From sequence record PQ898602.1: a stretch of 64,000 bases of DNA. One strand, 5' to 3'. The translations under genes and the position numbers were made by a program. The notes under the pieces are model-generated. The model was not told the DNA's origin, did no database searches, and worked only from the letters and a program-made list of their open reading frames with translations. Shown here in pieces: positions 1 through 12,000 of the stretch. How positions within the stretch are numbered: the stretch's first letter is position 1; the number at the start of each line of letters is the position of its first letter.

Positions 1-3000
1 AATAGCATTAAACTTGCATTTAGTAATTCTGATGTCTTTAACGAAAAGTTCATCTTTGCAAATCGTGGAATTACTGCTGATAAAGTTGTAAAAGCTGACT
101 ATTTTGGTAAGAAGATTGAAAACCAGAAGTTAGTAAAAACTTTCCCATATTCAAAGGTACAGAAAAAGTCTGAAGATATCAATGATAAAACTACTGACAG
201 CAAACCTGTTGGTCTCTTAGTTAATGGTACGGAAATTCTATCTCCAACTCTATTTGATGAGAACTATTATTATGGAAGAATTGAAGAGATTATCGTAACC
301 AATAGTGGTTCAGATTATGATGTTCTAGACCCACCACCAGTAGAAGTCAAAGATGAATTTGGTAGTGGATGTAAAGCACATGCAAACCTTTCTGGTGGTC
401 TTACAAGAGTCAAGATCATTTCTCCTGGTGTAGGTTATCAATCTAAACCTAAGATTAAAATTTCTGGTGGTAATGGTAGTGGTGCTGTACTTGAGTCCAA
501 CCTCGTTAGTTCTAGAATTTCTGTTGGTTTCAAGGGTGACACTGGTGTATCTGTTGCGGACAACACCCTGACTACAATTGATGATGTCTTATTTGTAAAT
601 GGCGAAGAAGTAATTTATAGTACCAATAACAACACCGACGTTCTTGGAATCGTTAATGGATCCTCTTATTTTGTTGGGATTGTAACTGACAAAAAAGTAA
701 AACTATACAATAACAAACAAGATGCAGTTGCTGGTAATAATGAAATCCAGATTACTGGTATTTCCTCTGGTTTCCATGCACTAGAGAGTTTAAAGAATAA
801 AAATACTATTACTGAGATCTATGTAAATGATCCTGGTGATGGATATTCTAATAGAGCGATCAAAGTTCCTTCCGTTGTTTCTTCTGACAATAGAACTCTT
901 GGTGTAAACACTTTTGACTCGTACATTTATGCAACAAATCATGGATTCCAAAATTCAGAATTTGTTGTTTATGAATATACCGACACTGAAATTTCTGGAT
1001 TAGATACTGGTAAGTATTATCAAGTCACCAAGATTGATGATAACAAGTTCCGCCTATCGGATGCTGGAACTGCAAGTAGTACAACAGATTACAACTATAT
1101 CAATAGAAAGTATGTTAAGTTTGAAAGTCTTGGTGTAGGAACTCACACTATTAAGTATCCACCAATTTCAATTTCTATTGAATCTACTTCTGAACTTGAA
1201 AGTATCCCTGTAATCACTCCTGTGGTTAAACCAATCGTATTGGGACAGATTGATGATGTCTTTGTGGAAGATGGTGGTGTTGGATATGGTGTTACTGACA
1301 TCATTAATTTCCACAGAAGACCAAACGTAGGTGTAGGTTCTATTCTTTCTAATGCGGTTCTTAAGCCCATTATTATTAATGGAAGTATTACTGACGTAAA
1401 AATCATTAACCGAGGAAAAGGATATAGAGTTGACTCGGATATTATCGTTCAGGGCGATGGTGACTTTGCTCAGTTGGATCCTGTTGTAGATTCTGAGGGT
1501 AAACTTCAGTCAATTAATATCGTCAATGGTGGTATCGGTTATGGAAGTAGTAATACATTCTTATCGATTCAAAATAGAGGCATTAATGCCAAGTTTATTG
1601 CTAATGTCAAGAGGTGGAAAGTAAACCAAGTTATTAAGAAAAAGAACACAATTAGTCCAGATGATGATGGTGTACTCTATCCATCCTTCAATCCAAACTT
1701 TGGGCTCCAGTTCTTCACTTTCTATCCTTCTAAAGTTCTAAGATTTGAAACTCAGGATAACTTCAATATCCTAAACAAAGAAGCAACCACAAATCTTCAA
1801 CACTCGCCCATTTTAGGTTTTGCGTATGATGGTAACCCCATCTATGGACCTTATGGTTACGACAAACCTGAAGGTGGTCCAATTCGTAGAATGACATCCA
1901 GTTATACTAATAACCCAACAGTCAATCCACAATTAAGACCTCCCCAACAACAAGGTTACTTTACCAATGACTATGTTTATGATGGTTCTGGAGATTTAGA
2001 CGAACATAATGGTAGATTCTGCGTAACTCCTCAGTTCCCAGATGGAACATATGCATATTTCTACACTGTTAGTGTTGACCAATCCCAAATTTCTACTCCT
2101 GTATATCCATATCTGGTTGGTCCAAGTTTCTATGATAATCCAATTTCAAATAACTTCTTACCAACTTATAACCAAGATGATTCGACCATCTTTACTACTG
2201 ATCTCGTAAGAAACGTTTCTAATTACTATCTAACCAATCCAAACTCCGATTATCCATACATTGATAGAGTTGGTGAATCTTTCAAACAGGAATTCCGAGT
2301 AACTGACATTCAGACATCTTCTATTGAAAATGCAATTGTCTTTACTGCTGGTAAGAACTATAAGATTGATGATATTGTACAAATTGATAATGGAAATTCA
2401 GGAGGCGGTGGTGCATCGGTTTCTGTATCTGAACTTGGTGGTAAAGAAATTGAATCTGTTGGTGTTACCGAAACTGAAATTAACAATGTAGAATTTAGAA
2501 TCAGAAGTACAGAAATTGAAGCAATCTGTTCACAACCTCACAACATTGAGGATCTGGAAGATGTCTTTATTTCTGGAGTTTCTACTATTACTGCAAGAGC
2601 AATTAATGGTGTCAAAGAAGCTAGAGTTAAATCCAAGTCAACAGAACTTCTAGAAGATATTCTAGATGCTGGAGCAACGGGAGTTTCTACGTTTATTAAA
2701 GTCAAGGATACTTCTGGATTTAAATCTAATGATTTTATTAGTGTCGATGGTGAAACACTATTAATCACTGGTGTTTCTTCTCAAAGATCTGGTTTCTATG
2801 TAAACCGAGTTAATAACACAGGTATTCATACTATTGGAGATGGTCTCGTAGCACTTCTACCAAATAGATTCTCATTCAGCATCGTTGGTGAGATTGATGA
2901 TTACACCTTTGAGAATACAACAACATTCTTTGATCCAAAAGAAACTGTAGGTACTGGTGCTGCAGGTACAGATAGAACTGTTGTTGGATTTGGTACCACA

Positions 3001-6000
3001 AGTTTTGCAAACAGATTCATTCCAACCAGAAGTATCTACATTCCAAATCATAACTTCTTTACTGGTGAAAAGGTAATCTATAACGTTGGTGCAAGTGGTG
3101 CTCCATTATATGTTAATAATGTTGGTGTTGCTCAATCTTTTGGATTGACTGATGGACAAGAACTCTATACAGTAAACTTGGGTCTGAATTACGTTGGACT
3201 ATCAACAGTCGGATTTACGACAAGTAGTTCTGATGGTATTGGAACAACCAAAAACTCTCTTGAGTTCTGGCCTTTCGATGACCAGTTTGGTATTGTTGGT
3301 GCTGCACATTCTCTAACTAAAACTAATCAAAGAATTACTGGTGATGTCTTTAGAAATATTGGCATTATTACAACTAAAACAGCACATGGACTTCAGATTG
3401 GTGATGATTTCAGACTGAAGTTTACTGGCAGTACGACGGATAGTTATAAAATTAAACTCGACACTATCAATAGAAAGGTACTAGTCGATGATATCTCTTT
3501 TGCGGATTCTAAAGTTGATCTGACAACAAATTCTATCGATATTTCTGGGTATTCTAAGTACAAGAAACTCAAGACAGGTGATAAAGTTGTTTATTATGCA
3601 GCAACTCCAATCACAGGACTATACAATGGAAAAACATATTATATTCTGAAAGACTCCACAGATAAGATCAAACTATGTGAGTTTGAAGCGGATATCAGTA
3701 CTACATCAGCAGTTGATCTGACTGCTGTTGGATCTGGAACTGCTCATATGTTCCATCTAATTAATCCACCTCTAGATTTCTTCAGAGGAACTATTATTGA
3801 GTTTGATGTTTCTGACACAACTCTTGCTCAACTTGATATGGTATTCTCTAAGGATGTCAATCTCACTAAGAGACTTGATCTTCTTGGAACTGACGCAGAT
3901 GGTTTTGCTATCGATAGAGATGGTCAACCTGGAACTGCAGATGCTAAGATCACTGTTGACACTAGAAGTAAGTTCGTACCAGATAGTTTCTTCTATACCT
4001 TAGTTCCTAAGGGTGCTGCAGAACAATACAAGAAAGAAATTTCTTCTGACGATAGTATTGTTTCTGCAAACAAGATTACAGTTAAACCTCATGGTTTGAA
4101 CGATGAATTTAGCGTAGTTGGTCTTTCTACAGATAATGATAAGAGACTTACATTCGTTGTTAGAAACCCCCTGAACATCGTTGAGAAATCTATTGTTGGG
4201 AATTCTACTTACGAGTATACTACGACCTCTCAGAACGTCACTGGACCTATCAGTAAGGTTAGAATTAACTTTGCTGGTAGAGGATATACAAAACTACCAA
4301 CAGTTTCCAGTATTGTTTCTGCTGCTGGTACAGATGGTGTTGTTAGATTTGAATCTTCTACAATCGGTAGAGTTGAAAGTCTAGAGAGAATTAAAGATGG
4401 ATTTGACTATCCAACAGATCCTACTCTAACACCTACTCTGAGTGTTCCAACTGTTGCAGGTATTAAGAACATTAGAACAATTGATAGAGTTGCAATTTCT
4501 ACAGGTGGTAATAATTATTCTAGTGCTCCCGAACTTGTAGTACCAGCAAAACCAAGTATTGAACTTATTGCAGTTACTCAGTTTGGTTCAGTTGTTGATG
4601 TTATTATCAACAAGAATGATACTGCACTTGCAGATCCACTCACAATTATTCCTATTCGTAATAGTAATGGATTTGATATTGATGAAATTAATCATAGTAA
4701 TGATGTAGTTACTTTTGAACTGAATAATGATCCAGAAGTTAATCCATTTATCACTCTTGGTTATGGTCAAACTGGATATACTTTCCCATTCGCAATCGGT
4801 GATGAAGTATTTGTAGAAAACTGCAGACTAACTAAAGATTCTAGAATCGCTGGTGAGAATAACTTCAACTCCATTCAGTATGATTATGCATTCTATCCTG
4901 TAACGGGAGTAAGTACTCTTAATCAAACTGTTACATGTGATCTCACTGGAATTTCTACTGGAACTCTTGGTGATTATGATGGTGAAATTACTCAAGGAAC
5001 CATCATCAACAAAAAAGACATGCCTGTCTTTAATATGGTTCTCAGTGATGATGTTAGATATCAGTCTGGGGAGAAAGTTACTGCACAATTCTTCAGTGGT
5101 AACGTAATGGAGAATGGTTGGGACAATGATGTCAACCAACTCAGAATTAACAACTCTATCGGTAACTTATTTGTCAATGACAAACTAAGAGGTGAAAACT
5201 CCAAGATTATTGGAACTGTTGATTACTTTAATACTTTTACCTTGAAGGCAAATCTTGGCGTTTCTAGAACCAAGACTCAAGTTGCAGATATGTCTTCTGG
5301 TATTCTAAATGATTACCTACAAAGTATTTCTGATAACTATTACTTCCAGAAGTTCTCTTATGAACTGAAGTCTACTATCCCATATTCTACTTGGAAGGAA
5401 TCTGTTAAATCTATTGTCCATCCATCTGGATTCAAAGAGTTCTCCAACTATAACATTGAAACTCAACCAACACTTGCAGAAGTAAATTCTGGTATTGCAA
5501 AGTCAACTTCGATGAAAGTTACTCTTGCAGATACTACACCTACTTTGAGTGTTAATATTGATAGTGAAATGAGTTTCTTCGATAAGACTAATTTCGGTCT
5601 TGTTTATGAAGATGAACCTCTTGCAGACGGAAGCGTTAAAAAGGTCTTCTTCCCTGAGGGTGTAGAACTACAACCATATATCATTAACAGAACAAATAAA
5701 GTTCTTGCAGTTGATGATATCTCAAGTCAGTTTGATGGAACTGTTACTCAACAACTTAGAGGTAGATATGCAGATGCTGCAGATTTACTTGGATTGAACC
5801 GAGACTTTATTGCAGAAGAAGTTGTTGCTAAAGTTGAGTACAACTATGTAAATGTTGGATTAAATACAGTTTACGATAGATCAAAACTTCTTTCAGAAGC
5901 AGGAAAACTCGTTGATTCTGTTGCCCATGATCTTAAGTACAATTCAAATAATGAAACTGTAGATTTTGGTCTTGAGTATTGGTCACAGGGTGGACCAACT

Positions 6001-9000
6001 GGATTTGCTAGAACTGAAAGTCTATATGGATATCATTACTTCAAGTTCCTTGGTCAATATGTAATTAATAATCAGACTCCACCAACTCTTTATCAGACTG
6101 GAACCCTTCAAAGATTTAACTTTGAGGTTATTGATGATCCAGCAAACTTCTACCTGACTAGAAACAAAGATTCTAGAGACCTGATTGTTTTCAACAAAGA
6201 AGAAATTCTTGACAAGTCTCTTGCATCTGTTTCTAAGGCATATCCTAACTTCTACTTCCCTGGTTCTCCTCAAACTGAAGCGAAGTCTAGATATCTTCGT
6301 TCCTACGGAATGATTCAAAATAACAGACAGGAAATCATTGATGAGGCATGGGATGAAACAGTTCTAATCTATAATAGTATTAGTAATAAGGAAGCCAAGT
6401 ACAAACGTGAAATGGGTAAACTGGTTGATGCAGTTTCCATTGATACATTCCTTGGTGGTAACACTTATACTAGAGATTTCTCTGGTTTCTATTTTGATGG
6501 TGCGGGTAATCCAATCACCGATCCAGAACGCACGTTTGTTGGTGAAGAGGCACAGACCATCTATGCATTCAGTCAGGCTAGAATCTTCATGGAGAAGGCG
6601 GTTTCTAACCAACTAACCATTAAAGATCTAACCGCACCTGTTGGACCTTCCACTTATGGTAGTGGTGGACCTAATGTTGCAATTACATCTACTGCTGCTT
6701 GTGCAGACGTTCAACAAACTCTCACAACATTAACTCAAATTACAGTTGACGTAATTTCTGCTGGATCTACAATTGGTCTACCAACTGCAAATGTTGGAAC
6801 ATACACCACAGGTGGTCTGAAGTGTCGTCGCGATCTTCAATACATTGTTGATGGCGTTGCACAGGATATTTCATATGATACTAATCAACACACAATAAGA
6901 AACACCAAGTTCTACTTTAAACCAGATGGTACTCAAAAACTTGATGGTCTTATTGGTGAAGAAGATGAGTCTATCTACATCTTCGAGTCCTCTGCGGACT
7001 ATATGCAACTTGCAATTACCAATAATCTTAACTATAAGGATCTGAGAATTGCTATTGATCCAGTAACTGGTGTAAACACTGATCCTAGCAATTACGCTGA
7101 CATTCAAACTGACATTGATACTTTAGTAGGTATCCTAACAGTTGCAATTGGAAACAGCAGTCTTGCAGGAATTCCAACAGTTGGATTCGGTACTGCAGAT
7201 TGTGCTGATGTAAGATTCTCTCTTGCAAATTATGTTGGTATTGCTACTGGCATTATTGGATTCGGTACAGCAGTTGCACCAGAGAAATATTTCCCCTCTA
7301 AGACCAGGGGTGGAATCGCGGTTGGACTATCCACATTCAGACTTAAGAACAATAACACAAGTCTATTCAAGCATGTCTTCAGTGAAGGTGCATTTGATAT
7401 CGCCAACAATATTATTAACATTGCTAACCACAATTTCCAAACTGGTCAAGAACTTCTCTTTGTTAAGGAGAATGGTGATGACGTTGGCATCGGAACAACT
7501 TCTTTCGTCGAAGATGCAACTACCGATGTTGTAATGAACATCTCCGACACCTTCGGTGGTACGGCAGTTCTTGAAAATGGATACAACATTGCAATCTCTG
7601 GAACCATTAGTGGTATTTCTACAACATCTGTAGTTGATGCAAACTCCACAACACAATTTGTTCAGTGTATTGGATCTAATGGTGGTACTGGAACAGACGC
7701 AGAGTTTAGAGTATCAATTAACTATGATGGTTCTGGTGTTCCTATCTCTACATCTATTCAACCAACAGCGGGTGGTAGTGGATACGCAGTAGGTGATACA
7801 ATCACAATTGCTGGAACAGAGATGCAAGCAGCGTCTCCTGCAAACGACTTGACTTTCGTTGTTACTAAGACTGGACCTTCTGCAGTCGCTACTCAGGCAA
7901 ATCAATCTTACTCTAATGTCACTGCAGGAACTGATCCTGCCGGTGGTACTGGTGCAATCTTCAATGTCACCAGAGGTTCTTCTGGATACATCAGTAATGT
8001 TGATGTTGTCAATGGTGGTTCTGGATATGCTTTAACTTCTGTAATTACAATTCCTCAGGCAGGTATCGGTGGTACAGATTCTACCGATGATATTACAGTT
8101 ACCCCAACACTAATGGGTGCGAAGACTATGCCTTCTACGGTATATTGCTTCAAGGTTACTGATAATCAGATCAAACTATTTGGTCTTTCTACCACCGCAA
8201 CTTTCATCGATGTAACTGATGTCGGTGTTGGTACTTATAGTGTTCAATATAAGGATCCAAATGCAAGTTCGATTATTACTATCGATGGTATCATTCAGAC
8301 TCCACTGAGATTTAAGTCTCTAAGTGTAGATCTTAAGAATTCTATTGGATCTGCAACTACTACAATTGCTAAACTTGCTACTGGAGTTTCTTCTGTCAGA
8401 ACTAATGATGTTCTGAATATTGGTGCAGAATATGCACTTATTAAGTCTATCGGAGTCGGTGCAACTAATGAAGTTGTTCTGGAAAGAGGTTCATTCGGAA
8501 CACCTGCTGCAGCACATACAGTTGGGGCAGCGGTAACAGTTCTAACGGGTGACTTTAACATTGTTGGTGATGTCATTCACTTCTCATCTCCACCATTCGG
8601 TAAGATTGGACCTGCAGGTCTACAGACTGGTTCTATCTTTGGCGGTAGAGTCTTCAGTAGAACCTTTGATGCAGCAACACCAGAAGATAAGAACATTCTG
8701 TTCGATGACCTCTCTCTATCTTTCACTGGTGTTGCTGCAACTGAGTTTGCAATTAAGTCTCAAAATCAGACGACAACAACAATCTTCAACGATGTAAACT
8801 CTGCTGTTGATATCAACAACAATCCTATCGTACTGATTAACAATGTACCACAGGATCCAATCGTTGATTATACAGTTGATGGACCTTCTGTGAACACTCT
8901 GAAGTTCCTCTCTGGAGTACCAAAGGCTGGTAAGATTTCCAAAGTTGAAATCACCAACAGCTTTGGATATGAACCAAAGATTGGCGCAGCTGCAACAGTC

Positions 9001-12000
9001 ACCATCGATGATTTTGGTCAAATTGACACTATTACAATCAACGAAGGTGGTACTGGATATCAGTCTGCACCTGATGTCAGTATTGCGTCCACAATCGGAT
9101 ATGGAGCAACAATCACTGCAACAGTCAGTGCTGCTGGTACAGTAAATGGACTGACAATCGTAAATGCAGGAACTGGATTCACTGGAACATCTCTACCAGA
9201 AATCAGAATTGGTATTCCAACAGGATATAGTAATCTGACCGCAGAATATACTGGCGGAACCAGTGGTGATGGACAAGATGCACGTCTTTCTGTAGTTGTT
9301 GGTCAGGGTTCCAGTGTCATTGACTTTAAGATTGATAATCCTGGTATTGGATATAAGGTTGGTGATGTTATCAAGGCATCTGGTCTTATCCAAGGTTCTG
9401 GATTTAGAACTGATTCTCTATCGATTACAAACCTAGTCTATGATGAGACTACTGGATTCACAACCATTACAACTGGTTCTGCACATAATCTATCTGTTCT
9501 TGATAATGTAAGAATCACTGGTGTTGGTTTGACTTGTGGATATGATGAAGTTGGTATTAAGTCCTTCACTTATGACAACGTAACTGGTATTTGCACAGTA
9601 ACTACCTGGGATCCACATGGTGTTCTCACCTCTGATGTTGAGAGAAGACTTACACCTTCGACTGCAACCTATTGTCCACATACTGGATTTACTACACTTA
9701 CAGTTTATGGACACAGCCTAGAAGAAGGAGACTTCATCAGACTAGAAGATAATTCACTCACATTTACTTGTGCTTTGGATGGTAATGCTACCAACCACAC
9801 ATATCCAAGATCCACTGATCCAGCTGCTGGTAAGTTCCTAGAGATTACGGATGTCACTGGTGATGAAGTTACAATCAATGTTGGTGCTGGTGGAACAGAT
9901 ACGAGCGCACATACATTTGTAAGTGCAACTCCTAACGCAATCACGGTCAAGGGTATTAAGTCCAATAAGACTGCTGACGAAGTTTATCTACACAACGTTA
10001 AGTTCATTTGTACTGAAGAACATGCAGGAGTAACAACAGACATCTTCCCAGATGGAACTGCTCCATATGGTTTCGTCTTCCCTGCAATCTCTTCTCCAGG
10101 TGTAACTACCTTCACAATGCAGGCAGGTGTTTCTACCATTCCTCATGTATTTGCAGGTTATACCGAACTGGGTATCTCGACATTTAACTACTCACAAAAC
10201 TCTGGTGTTTGTGTTATTGAAACTCATGATGCACATAACTTGGTCGCAAATGAGTGGGTAACTCTTGTGGATCTCAAACTGAAGTGTACCGATGCAAATT
10301 ATGATAACTATGCAGGCATTACCTCAACCCTGTTCCCATATCGTGCAGGTGTAAACACTTATGGTGATGCATATCCTGCATCTTCTCCATCTGGTTTCTC
10401 CTTCAAGGTTACTCAGGTTGATAATGCAAATACTTTCCGAGTCAATGCAGGTATCTCCACAATCGTACACGCATACGAAGGATTTGGTGCAATTGGTCTT
10501 TATGATCTAGATTATAATGAAGTCGTTGGTGTTACCACAATTACCCTAAATGAAGATCATGGATTCACTGCTGGTGATTGGGTACACCTTGAGGACATTG
10601 AACTATCTTGTACTTCTGAACATATTGGATTCTCTTCCACTAAGTTCCCATATCCTGCAGGTACTGATGATTATGGTGATGCATACCCTGCATCTTCTCC
10701 ACATGGAAGTACTTTCCTTGTAGAAAGTGTTGGTACAACAACTTCATTTGTAATCAATGCGGGTATTTCTACCATTGGTCATACTTATGTTTCTGGTGGT
10801 ACTGCACAAAGAGTCGGTATGACTCAAAAGGTACCAAGTGTACAGAGAGTTCTAAGATATACCGAAGATAGTACTGATGGAGCACTGGACTTCCTGGTTA
10901 CCAAGGTTAATAGTTCCACCCAATACACAGTAAGAGCAGGAGTCAATACGATTCCACACTTCTATACTGCAAACACGGGCGTAACAACCTTCAGACAATT
11001 TGAAGAGTTCCAACTCAAGATCACTGAAGTTCAAACCGACAAGTTCTTTGGATTCTATCCTGGTCAATTCATTGCTTTCAACAGCATTGAGGATCAGTTC
11101 AACGGATTCAAGAAGAAGTTTACTTTGAGTGCAAATATTGATGGTGTCAAGAAGATTCTCTCCCTGAGAGTTCCTGATGGAAGTGATCTAGACGTTACCA
11201 ATAACATCTTCATCTATCTGAATGATGTTCTTCAAGTCCCAGGTGTTGCATATGAGTTTAGAGGATCCAGAATCTTCTTCACTGAGGCACCACTTGAAGG
11301 ATCTAGTTGCAGTATCCTCTACTACAGAGGTTCTTCTGCAGACGTTGAAGAAATTGATCCACCTAAGACTATTAAAGTTGGTGATCAAATTCAAATCAAC
11401 GAAAGTCGTCTTGATGCTTATGACATTGATCAGTTTAATAGAACAGTACAAAAGATTGTTGCTACTGATCAACTAGAAACCTTCGTTTATGGTAGTATCG
11501 GAATCGACACCAATACAGATAAGCGTAGACCTCTGACTTGGAGAAAACAGAAGAATGATAAGATCATTACTGGATCACTATTCCCCAAATCCAGACCTCA
11601 ATACACATCCGTAATCAGACCAAGTGCAACTATTATTAATGAGATTCTACCAGGTGACACTACAATCTACGTAGACAATGCATTCCCAATCTTTACTGAT
11701 TTGGATAATCTGAATGAGAATGTTAGAGACATTTTGGTCATTGAAGATAAAGAAACAGAAAGTGCCGTCGCGGTTGCAAATGTTTCCACTTCTTCCAGTA
11801 TCACCTCCATTGGAGTATCCAGTGGTGGAGTTGGTTATGCAAATACTCTAAGTCCAATCGTAACAATTTCTGCTTCCGCGATTACAAGAAAAGATCCTAT
11901 CTTCAACTGGGAAGGTGGAAATATTAGTGGAATCACTGGTATTACAACCTACACTATTTTCAATCACATTGATAAGGGAACTGCACAGAGAAGATTTGTT

